Below are positions 25,313 through 34,000 of a stretch of DNA of 38,793 nt, piece by piece. The DNA comes from a virus (taxonomy: Duplodnaviria; Caudoviricetes): IMG/VR virus record IMGVR_UViG_3300044528_000037, positions 1 to 38,793 of that record; one strand, 5' to 3'. Every line of letters begins with the position of its first letter. The stretch's first letter is position 1. The notes below the pieces were generated by a model that saw only the letters and a list, made by a program, of their open reading frames with translations, was not told where the DNA came from and searched no databases. The position numbers were made by a program, and so were the translations under genes.

Positions 25313-25887
25313 CCGCAGTAGTTCGGCGGATCCCAGTTGCACGCACCGCGTCCGCCATCCCACAGCGCCGCGGCCGCGGCGTCCTGTAGCGCGGGTGGCC
25401 ACTCGGATGCGTTGGTGCCGATCAGCTCCGGGTGCCCGATGCGCGCCGCCATGGCGTTCGCGGTGCCGGGCATGAGTTGGTAGGCGCCGCCGGCGCCGCT
25501 CGGGTTGCGGACCGTGTAGGTGCATCGGGACTCGCGCCAGCTGATGTAGGCGGGCACTGCTCCGCACGATCCCGATGTTCGCGGGGTCGAGCGTGGCGTC
25601 GTCGTTTCCGCCGGGCGGGCTCGGGCTTGCGTTTCTTGCGTCGCCGTGTTGGCTGCGATCGCCGCTTCGACGTTGTGCCAGTAGGCGAGCCGCCACTGCT
25701 CGGCGCGCCAGTGCTCGACCGCGACGAGCCACGCGCCGATGCGGTGCAGCGCATCGTTGGCGACAACCCAAGCGTCGACGGACTCGATGTCACTCGTGCG
25801 TTGCCGTTGTGGTGCTCCCGCTGCTGGCGCTGGCGTCGCGGTGACGATGGTGAGCGCGACAATCGCCGCTGTGAGCTTGTAGGGCAT
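25309..25887 (-). CDS. Secreted Rpf-like/lysozyme-fold transglycosylase
   Basis: Signal-peptide-like N-terminus; WRESRC..NPSGAGGAYQLMPGT..QDAAAAALW. Confidence 0.75.
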   Translation of the reverse strand: MPYKLTAAIVALTIVTATPAPAAGAPQRQRTSDIESVDAWVVANDALHRIGAWLVAVEHWRAEQWRLAYWHNVEAAIAANTATQETQARARPAETTTPRSTPRTSGSCGAVPAYISWRESRCTYTVRNPSGAGGAYQLMPGTANAMAARIGHPELIGTNASEWPPALQDAAAAALWDGGRGACNWDPPNYCG

Positions 25888-25927
25888 TGCGGACTCCTGT
25901 TGGCATGGGGACCCGCCCTCTTGCTCT

Positions 25928-25957
25928 GCCTCACCCGCGTGACAGCGTGGGTGAGGC
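25928..25957. terminator. Stem-loop after the lysis genes
   Basis: GCCTCACCCGCG-TGACAG-CGTGGGTGAGGC. Confidence 0.5.
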
Positions 25958-25965
25958 GCGGTCGT

Positions 25966-26130
25966 TTACCCGCTCGACGGCGGGTCGGGTTTGTTAGGCC
26001 AGTCGTCGTGCTTGCGGCGATCGAGCACGCGCACGACGGACCAGAAGATGGCGAGCACGGCGAGGATGCCCGCTTCGATGTCGACCACGAGGCCTTGCAG
26101 CCACGTCGTGTCGCCGTTGGCGCCGATCAC
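25966..26130 (-). CDS. Small single-pass membrane protein, holin candidate
   Basis: GTG 26130 overlaps the endolysin stop; one hydrophobic helix then RRK. Confidence 0.55.
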   Translation of the reverse strand: MIGANGDTTWLQGLVVDIEAGILAVLAIFWSVVRVLDRRKHDDWPNKPDPPSSG

Positions 26131-27053
26131 GGTCGGATCAGTCCGGTCGGTGCGCCGTGGAAGCGCAGCCCGAACGTGAAGATGCCGCCATCGCGTGCGA
26201 GCAGCCAGTAGCCGCCGCCGCTCTGGTCGGTCGACATCGAGATGACCGGAGCGTTGAGGCGGTGACCGCCCATCGAACCGCGGAACGGTGCGGCCCCGAA
26301 GGCGAACACGCCACCGTCGGCAGCACACAGCCAGTAGCCGTCGCCTTGGGGCCGCACCGCCATGCCCACGACCGGAGCGCTCAGCTGCTGTCCGCCCATC
26401 GAACCGAAGAACGGGGCGCCGCCGTAGGCGAAAACCCCGCCGTCACCGGCGACCACGTAGTAGCCGCCGCGCGGACTTGCGACGATGTCCATGGCACCAC
26501 GCTCCCAACGAGGGGGTTCGGGTACGGGCGGCGGCGGCGCCGGACCCGGTTGTCCGCCGGCGAGCCGCCGGTTGAGATCAGGGATGCGCGCGCGCAGGTT
26601 CCGACCCGCGCACGCGGTGGCGTTGCCCGGCGCTTGTGAGTGATCGCCGCTGATGCGCGGCGACCGGATCGCGCCGGAGTTGAACAGGAAGCGGACGATG
26701 TCCACGATGGCGGTTTCGAGCTGCGGGGTCGGCTGCTGCACCTCGAAGTTCCCCATCGCGACGACCGCGTGGCTGATCCCGTTGCGGCCGCCAGTGGCCG
26801 CGCTGTCGCGGCCGATGCCGCGCGCTTCGAAGGCGCCGCCGCTCAGGTCAGCGGCAAACGAGTAGCCGATGTCGATGAAGCCGCTGTTGCGCATCGAGCG
26901 TTGCAGCGCACGCATCCCGCCGGGCCCTTGCATCCCGGTGCTGGCGGTGTGGTGCAGCCAGCACTCTTGTGTCGGCGTCGCGATGCGCCGAACGGCGGCG
27001 GGCACCGCCGGCGGACTCGAACCCCACGCGGCGCGTGGCGTGATCGTCGTCAC
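26127..27053 (-). CDS. Endolysin: PGRP-like N-acetylmuramoyl-L-alanine amidase with C-terminal repeats
   Basis: ITPRAAWG, LHHTA, DIGYSF, TACAG; three GYW/YxxAxDGGV/IFxF/YG repeats. Confidence 0.9.
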   Translation of the reverse strand: MTTITPRAAWGSSPPAVPAAVRRIATPTQECWLHHTASTGMQGPGGMRALQRSMRNSGFIDIGYSFAADLSGGAFEARGIGRDSAATGGRNGISHAVVAMGNFEVQQPTPQLETAIVDIVRFLFNSGAIRSPRISGDHSQAPGNATACAGRNLRARIPDLNRRLAGGQPGPAPPPPVPEPPRWERGAMDIVASPRGGYYVVAGDGGVFAYGGAPFFGSMGGQQLSAPVVGMAVRPQGDGYWLCAADGGVFAFGAAPFRGSMGGHRLNAPVISMSTDQSGGGYWLLARDGGIFTFGLRFHGAPTGLIRP

Positions 27054-27190
27054 GCGCTGTCGTCGTCCTCGTCGCCCTCTGTTAGCCCGTCGTCATCAGG
27101 CTCGTTCCGTTCCGGGTCTTCGAACTGCGTCGACTCCTCCACTTGCTCGGGAGTCGGCTCGGGCTGCGGTCCGGGTTCGGTCGGTGTCAC
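27050..27190 (-). CDS. Small, highly acidic protein
   Basis: Not in ORF track; GGAGG RBS, GTG 27190, stop overlaps the endolysin start; MTPTEPGPQPEPTPEQVEESTQFEDPERNEPDDDGLTEGDEDDDSA. Confidence 0.65.
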   Translation of the reverse strand: MTPTEPGPQPEPTPEQVEESTQFEDPERNEPDDDGLTEGDEDDDSA

Positions 27191-27248
27191 GGTCGCACCT
27201 CCGGTCGGGGAAGTCGAGCACTGAGGCTATGACGCCACGACGTAAACG

Positions 27249-28028
27249 TCAGGTGATCCTCGCTTGGTAGAACACGACGATGGACAGCACGGTCATCGCG
27301 TTGGTCACCAGCGCCCCGGTGAGCGGGTTGATGACTTGGAAGCGAAGCGTCGTCAGCGTCGAGGTGTCGAACGCCAGCCGTCCGAGCATCCACGGGTGCC
27401 CGGCGGCGCCACGCACCGGCGACACGATCGCGCCGAGCACACACGAAGGGGTGAAGTCGGCGGTGCCCATACTGAACTCGCCGTTACCGTCCGTGGTCGG
27501 CGCGTAGGTGCCCACGATCATCTGCACCGACCGCGTGTTGTCGTAGGGGCCCAGGAACTGACCGCCGCCGCCGACCACGCCACGGTTCGTGATGCTCTGG
27601 AACGACACGGGCACGAGCCCGAAGGTGCATTGCGAAGCGAGGTTGGCGCCGGCGGGCACGGTGATGGTGCCGAGGCGGATCCCGAGTCGCCCCACCGTCG
27701 CGGACTCGGCGACGAGCACGAGCGACCACTGCGCGCCGTCCGGGTCGATGTCGACCCACACGACATCGACGCGCGAGCCCGAGCCCGGACCGGCAGCGGG
27801 GGTCACGGTCACCGGGTCGTGCGTGGCCACGACACATGACGTGCCGTCGCCGGCGCTGATCACCGCGCGGAAGGCGGACACGTTGACGTTCATGCCCGAG
27901 CCCGCCGAGAACGTCGGGCGGCGCTGCACGCCGACCTTGGCGTCAGCGAGCGCGGTGATCACCTCGCGGTCGCTGATGGCGTCGTACTCACCCGCCTGTC
28001 CCCACATGAGCAACCCGGTGACAGTCAT
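27249..28028 (-). CDS. Minor tail protein
   Basis: SGMNVNVS, SRVDVVWV, LGTITVPAGA; last gene of the tail module. Confidence 0.75.
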   Translation of the reverse strand: MTVTGLLMWGQAGEYDAISDREVITALADAKVGVQRRPTFSAGSGMNVNVSAFRAVISAGDGTSCVVATHDPVTVTPAAGPGSGSRVDVVWVDIDPDGAQWSLVLVAESATVGRLGIRLGTITVPAGANLASQCTFGLVPVSFQSITNRGVVGGGGQFLGPYDNTRSVQMIVGTYAPTTDGNGEFSMGTADFTPSCVLGAIVSPVRGAAGHPWMLGRLAFDTSTLTTLRFQVINPLTGALVTNAMTVLSIVVFYQARIT

Positions 28029-28038
28029 GTCATCCTCC

Positions 28039-29229
28039 CTAGATCGGCACCGCGTTGCGGCGGAACATTGCGGACTGCTCGGCGCTCACCGCGGCGAGGC
28101 GGCGCGAGAGCGTCGGCCGTCCGAGACTCGGCGGCATCGTGACGGTGACGGTCCAACCCACCTTGCCCGAGTCGCAATCGACGTCGAGCCCGGCGAGGCG
28201 CCCGTCGATGACCATGCCGTCCGGGTGCAGGCCGTTGCGGACGAACACGAACACGTCGTCGCCCAGGCCGTAGGTGCCGAGCACCGGGTCGGTCTCGAAC
28301 GTGCTGCCCGCGATCGACAGCGTCGGCGTGTCGTACAGCGTGGAGTTCGTCGCGGCGCGGTCGAGCAGCGTCGCCAAGATGATCACGCCAGGCCACTCGT
28401 CGATGTGATCGAGGCGCGGCACGAGCGGCTGCGGCCGGTCGACAATCTGCACCGGCCGGTCCGAGTCGGCGTCACCATCCTCGGGCAGATCACCGACCGC
28501 GAACGTGCGAGTCCGCATCAGCTGTCCGTCGTAGGTCACGGTCGGGTCGATGGCGTCGCCGGGCACTATGAAGCCGACCTCGGCGCCCGGGCGCCCCACG
28601 CGCGGGTAGGCGATCCGCAACGTCGCTTCGGGTCGAGCACTCACGTTGTCGAGCGCGTACTCCGCGCGGAACTCGGGCCCTTGGATCACTTGCGAGAGGT
28701 TCGTCAGCAGGTCCGACCGATAGGGCCCCTCGAGGAACGCATACGAGCGGTCGCGGAGGAAGCCGCTGCCGGGCTCGGTCACGATGGTCATGCCGATGTC
28801 TTCGACGGGCTGCGCCAGCGCCCGGGCGATCGCGGTTTGCTCGACTTGGTCGTAGCGGACGCCGCCGGTGACGTCGAGCGCGCGCTTGCCGAGGTAGCCC
28901 GACAGCTCGGTCAGCTGCACCGTGACCGTTTGGAGCGACACGTCAACGATCGCGGACGGCATCCCGCACCACAGCGGCACGCCGTCGTAGAACACCCACG
29001 CGCGCCACGACCACAACCGCAAGAGGTCGGTGAAGTCGAGCGGCGACTCACTGACGACGAGTTCGAGCTCGCCGGTACCGAAGCCCGACAACGCTTGGCT
29101 GTAGTGCAGCCGAGTCGTTTGCATGGGCCCGAGCGGCGTGCCGTCGTAACGGTCCGCCCATACGGTCCACCGGCCGGGCAGCACCGGCGGGTTCGCTTCG
29201 GGATGCGCGACGGGCAGCGCTACGCCCAC
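28039..29229 (-). CDS. Minor tail/baseplate hub protein (ReqiPepy6 Gp37-like)
   Basis: GTG 29229 with GGAGG; follows Dit; GTYGLGDDV motif. Confidence 0.75.
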   Translation of the reverse strand: MGVALPVAHPEANPPVLPGRWTVWADRYDGTPLGPMQTTRLHYSQALSGFGTGELELVVSESPLDFTDLLRLWSWRAWVFYDGVPLWCGMPSAIVDVSLQTVTVQLTELSGYLGKRALDVTGGVRYDQVEQTAIARALAQPVEDIGMTIVTEPGSGFLRDRSYAFLEGPYRSDLLTNLSQVIQGPEFRAEYALDNVSARPEATLRIAYPRVGRPGAEVGFIVPGDAIDPTVTYDGQLMRTRTFAVGDLPEDGDADSDRPVQIVDRPQPLVPRLDHIDEWPGVIILATLLDRAATNSTLYDTPTLSIAGSTFETDPVLGTYGLGDDVFVFVRNGLHPDGMVIDGRLAGLDVDCDSGKVGWTVTVTMPPSLGRPTLSRRLAAVSAEQSAMFRRNAVPI

Positions 29230-30170
29230 GAGTCCCTCCACTCCAACGTGACCGACCCAGTGCCGGTCGCCACGTACAGCGACCACGGTCGGGCGCCGCG
29301 CGCGGGCACCGCCATGGCGCTCGATCCGGCGAGCAGGAACGACGCGCGCGAGTAGCCGCCGGGCGCCGTGGTGGCAAGGGTCTCGGTGTCCACATAGATG
29401 GTCACGCCATCAGCGAGTGGCGCCATGACGATGTACGACTGTCCGTCGCTGAGCCGTGACTGTCCGAGCGGACCGCGGTAGGTGGCGAACACCGGCGCGT
29501 CCGCCGACCCCCGGTTGGTGAGGGTCGCTCGGTTCGGCACTTGATAGGCGCCGTAGTTCCAGCGGCCGTTCGGCACCGCGGAGGCGCGCACGATGCGCCC
29601 GTTGCTCAGCCGCCGGCCGGTCACGGTGAGCGCGTTGGCGCCGTCGCGGTAGTGGCGCGGGTACTCACGGCCGGACGCGCCGATGTATCCGGGCCGCAAC
29701 GTGACCGAGTTGAGTGACTCGCCGTACTTGCGCGGGTCCACCGCTCGCAGCGGGATCGTGTAGCGAAACGCCATCGGCCCGAGCCATGTTTGCGTGAACT
29801 GTCCGTGTGAGCGCACCTCCGCCAGTAGGCGGATCCCGAGGCGCGGGTCGGACACGATCATCGTGGCGGGCACCTTGGCGACCGCGCGCATGGCGAGCTG
29901 GTCGTGCACGTCGACGAGGCTGTCCCGAGTGCCGGCGACGAGCACGCCGTGCAGGGTCATCTCGCGCGGCTTGGTGACCTTGGGTCCGAGCACCGCGCCG
30001 TCAACGAGGGTCCGCTCCGCATCCTTGGCGTCGGTCTCGGGAGTGCCGTACCAACCCTCGAAGTCCTCCACGATGAGCGTGGTGCCGTCGCCGCGTTCGT
30101 CGTTCAGCGCGAGTCCGTCCCATACGACTTCGGGCAGTACGTGTTCGGCGGTCCAGCCCGTGGCGGTCAT
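29220..30170 (-). CDS. Distal tail (Dit-like) protein
   Basis: ATG 30170; EGWYGTP, REMTLHG, LRAVDPRKYG, NRGSADAP, WRDSWA. Confidence 0.8.
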   Translation of the reverse strand: MTATGWTAEHVLPEVVWDGLALNDERGDGTTLIVEDFEGWYGTPETDAKDAERTLVDGAVLGPKVTKPREMTLHGVLVAGTRDSLVDVHDQLAMRAVAKVPATMIVSDPRLGIRLLAEVRSHGQFTQTWLGPMAFRYTIPLRAVDPRKYGESLNSVTLRPGYIGASGREYPRHYRDGANALTVTGRRLSNGRIVRASAVPNGRWNYGAYQVPNRATLTNRGSADAPVFATYRGPLGQSRLSDGQSYIVMAPLADGVTIYVDTETLATTAPGGYSRASFLLAGSSAMAVPARGARPWSLYVATGTGSVTLEWRDSWA

Positions 30171-30814
30171 GGCGCGAGCGAGTCCCCAACGCGCACGAGC
30201 GACAGGTGATGCACCGAAGCGTTGCCGCTGGTCGGCGGGTTGCCGGTGTGTACGACACGGAACGTGTCGCCGTCGGCGCACTGGCGCAGCCACGACCCCG
30301 AGAGGTAGTTGTTCGGGTTGCCCGGGTTCACGAGCCCGCCGACGACGAGCGCGTGGGTCACGTTCGCGGCGTTGCGCAGCTCGGCCGAGATCGCAGCGAC
30401 GGTCGGGCTCTGGTAACGCACGGTGAGGTTGATGAGGTACAGCCCGGCGGTGCCGGGCGGCAGCGTGACCGTGTTGTTGGCGAGCCAGGCTGGTCCGCTG
30501 ATGACGTTGTTGATCGTGAGCACCGAGTTGATGGCCGGTGCGGCGACGCTCGGGCCCTGCACGATGATGCCGCGCGGCCGTATGGGCTCGATGCTCACGA
30601 GCCGCCACGCGCCGTTCGCGAACACCGACACTTGCTGCGTCGAGAGCAAGTACGACATCGCGCCTTCATGTGGGAGCGCCCACTGCGCGGTGCGTTCGGC
30701 GGGATCGGCGAACACGTTGACCGACTGATCCCACAGCACGTTGCCCCACTCTTGCGAGCGAAGCGGGAACGGTGCGCCGGGGTCACTCGGCGGCGGTATC
30801 TGTATGCGGCCCAT
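30167..30814 (-). CDS. Minor tail/fibre-like protein
   Basis: ATG 30814; VFAD.AER...PHEGAMSY; beta-rich C-terminal part (TLPPGTAGLYLI). Confidence 0.7.
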   Translation of the reverse strand: MGRIQIPPPSDPGAPFPLRSQEWGNVLWDQSVNVFADPAERTAQWALPHEGAMSYLLSTQQVSVFANGAWRLVSIEPIRPRGIIVQGPSVAAPAINSVLTINNVISGPAWLANNTVTLPPGTAGLYLINLTVRYQSPTVAAISAELRNAANVTHALVVGGLVNPGNPNNYLSGSWLRQCADGDTFRVVHTGNPPTSGNASVHHLSLVRVGDSLAP

Positions 30815-31005
30815 CAGTCTCCCCAGTTGTCGGTGTCCCAGTTCGCCACGTCCCACAGCGGCAACGCCGCGAGGTCGAGCGTGCCGGTGAGCCCGCCGGC
30901 GTCGGTGGCGGTGATCGTGCGCGCGGTGTAGTCGGGCAGCGTGTGTTGCGCGACGGCGCCCTCGGTCGTGGTCGTGCCGTCGCCCCAGTCCCAAGTGATG
31001 CTCAC
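30814..31005 (-). CDS. Mini PKD/Ig-like protein
   Basis: GTG 31005 overlaps the TMP stop; ITWDWGDG...HT...ITATD PKD signature. Confidence 0.65.
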   Translation of the reverse strand: MSITWDWGDGTTTTEGAVAQHTLPDYTARTITATDAGGLTGTLDLAALPLWDVANWDTDNWGD

Positions 31006-34000
31006 GTGACCCATCCGATCTCTCGGTCGACAACGCGCGCGACCTCGCGGCCGTCGATGACGACGGAGGTGCCGTGCTCGGTCGCGGTAGCGATGCGGCG
31101 GAGCAGCTCGACCACGGGCCGCATGTCGCCGCCCGCCTCGGATGAGCGGAGCAAGTCGTCCCACTGGCGGGCGCTCAGCACGGGCTCGGGACGTCCGGTG
31201 TTGTTCACCGCGATGCTCGCGCCGGGAGGCAGCCAGCCGCCGGAGTCGTAGCCGCGGCCGATGCGCCCCGCCATCCGTCCGAGCGAGTGAGGGTTGGCGC
31301 CGTAGTTGTACATCATCCAAGCGATCCCGGCGGCGATGTTGGCGACGGGATCCCAGATGTTGTTCGGCGTCGCAGCGAGTTGCGGGAAGCGGGCGCGCAT
31401 CGCTTGGAACGTCGGGTCGATGACTTGCATCAGGCCCTTCGACGGCGTGCCCTTCTGCGCGTTGGAGTCGTAGTTGTTGATCGCTCTCGGGTCGAAGTTC
31501 GACTCGCTTCGTGCTTGCGCGGTCAGCGCGGCTGACCACACCGCCGGGTTCACGCCCATCACGCGCATGGCGGTCGCCATCCACGAGCCCCAGTCGCCGC
31601 CGACCGTCGCGCCGACCGCGGCTTCGGCGGCGAGGTGGAGGTGGTCGCGGTGACCCGCCCACGTCGCCGGACCCCACAGGCCGGGCCCGACGATCTTGCC
31701 GTCCTTCACCGACAGTGTCGGGTTGTGGATGCCTTCGAGCAGCGCGGCGGCGAGCGTGTCCTGTACCCACTTGCCCGCGTTGTACATGACGTCCTGGGGT
31801 CCGGCGAGGTCGCGCGCCAGGTTCTTCGAGTGGTACGACTTCGTGTCGCCGGGCCGCAACGCGCTTGTCACGCGCAGCGCTGGGAACTGTGCGATCACTT
31901 GGCGGACGATGTCGTCGATGCCCATGCCGCCGCCGAAGGTGATCTCGTCCTCCGACTTGCCGCGCACGAACTCCAAGAGCTTGTCGAGCAAGTAGAGCGT
32001 GTACTTGCCGAACGCGCCGCCGAACCAGTCGCCGGTGCCGAGTCGGGGCACGATGTGCTTCTCGATGAACGCCCGGAACGGCGCGGTGAACTTCTCGAAC
32101 GCTTGGTAGGCGGCCCAGCGGATCAGGTTCGTCGCCGCATTGATCGCGTTGCCGCCGAGGTCCACGAGCCCGCCGACGACGCTGCGTCCGATGTCAATCG
32201 GGTTCCACGACCAGCGCGCGCCCGGACCGTCGTCGACCATGCCGCCGCGCGCGTAGCGCGGGAGACCTCGCAAGCGGTGGTAGCCGATCGCGCGTGCTTG
32301 TTGTTTGGTCAGCACCCACTCGCCGGGCTCGAGGAGCGAGAGCACGCGGTCGCCGCCGCCCCACCCTGGGATGCGACCGCCGGCGGCGAAGCCGGGTATC
32401 GGTTTGATGCCGAGTCCGATCTTGTCGAGGATCAGGTTCGCACCCTTGATGAGCGGGTTGATGGCGAAGTCGACAACCCACTTGACCGGCTTGCGCAGCG
32501 CCGAGCGGATGCCGTCCCATATCGAGCGGATGGCGTCGACCATCCGGCTCACGACGTCGCGCACGGAGCGGATGCCGTTCTTCATCGCTTCCCACGCGGG
32601 CGAGATGAACCGCTCCCATACCGACCGGATCGTGTTACCGACTGCGCCCCACACTCGCTGTATGAGCGCGAAGATCGGATGGATGATGGTGTTCCACGCC
32701 CACTGAAGCGCGGTCGTCAGCGCGTTCCACGCGGGCTTGATGATGTTCTCCCAGTAGAACTTGAACGTCGTCGCCACTTGATTCCAGACCCACATGAAGG
32801 CGCGGAACAGCGGCTGTATCACGGTCTCCCATGCCCACTTGATCAGCGACCACAGCGCGTTCACGGCGGGCTTGATGACGTTGTCCCACGCCCACTTGAA
32901 CCCGGTGCTGAGCGCCCACCACGCGGCCCGGAACGTCAGGAACAGCGGCAGCAGCCACAGAGCGATCACGACGCGGAAGATCGCCCACAACACGTTGATG
33001 GTCGGCAGGATGATCGCGGCCCACGCCCACTTGATGGCGTTCGCCACCGCGGTCCACACGGTGATGATCGCGGAGAACACCGGGCGCAGCACGGCGTTCC
33101 ACACCCACGACACGATGGTCCACAGCGCGGTGAAGACCGGCAGCAGCAGCGCTCGCCACACCCACATGAACGCGTTGCCGACCGCGGAGAACACCGCGAC
33201 GGTCGTGTCACGGAAGAACACGAACGCGGCTACGACGAGCGCGATCGGCCCGAGGATCACGCCCGCGAAGATCACCGCGAGCAGTCGCCAGTTGTCGATG
33301 ATCCAGTTGATGACCGGACGGATGACCGTGTCGAGCAGCCAGGTAAACGCGGCGGCGATCGCGTTCACGATCGGACTGATGAGGTTCCACGCCCACAAGA
33401 TGGCGCCCCACACCGCGTTGAAGACCGCCATCACCTTGTCGCGGAAGAGGAAGAACAACCCGGCGGCGATGGCGAGCGGCAGCGCGATCGGCGCCAACAG
33501 GATGACGGCGAGCAGCTTCCAGTTGTCGACAATCCAGCCCCATATCGTTGTCCAGTACTCGGCCAGCTTGCGCACCGCGATCACGACCAGCGCGATGGCG
33601 GCGACGATGCCGAGGATGATGAGCACGATGGGGTTGATGGACATCGCCCACATCACGGCGTTCCAGATGCCGAAGGCGATGGCGACCGCGGTGGCGCCGT
33701 AGGCGAGGGGCTGCAAGATCGGAGCGAGCGCGGTCAGGATCGTGCCGACGACTTCGCCCATGACGACGAGCAGCGGTCCGAGCAACTCGATCATCACGCC
33801 GAGCGGACCGATGAGCAGCTCGACGATGTCGAGCATCGGGTACAGCGCTGCTTCCACGAGCTTGATCGCCGGGTCGATGAGCGGTTCGATCGCCCGCACG
33901 GCGAACTCGATGATCCTGCCGACGAGGGTGGCGATCGGCGGGAGCAGCGGCGCGATGGCGTCGAGGATGCGGCCGAACAGCTCCACGATGCGCACGAGCA

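Noticed and set aside
24828-25947. Shared CGTGACAGCG in two hairpin loops (24828 and 25938)
   Set aside because: Only two copies of a short loop that seems common in high-GC stem-loops; not enough to call a motif
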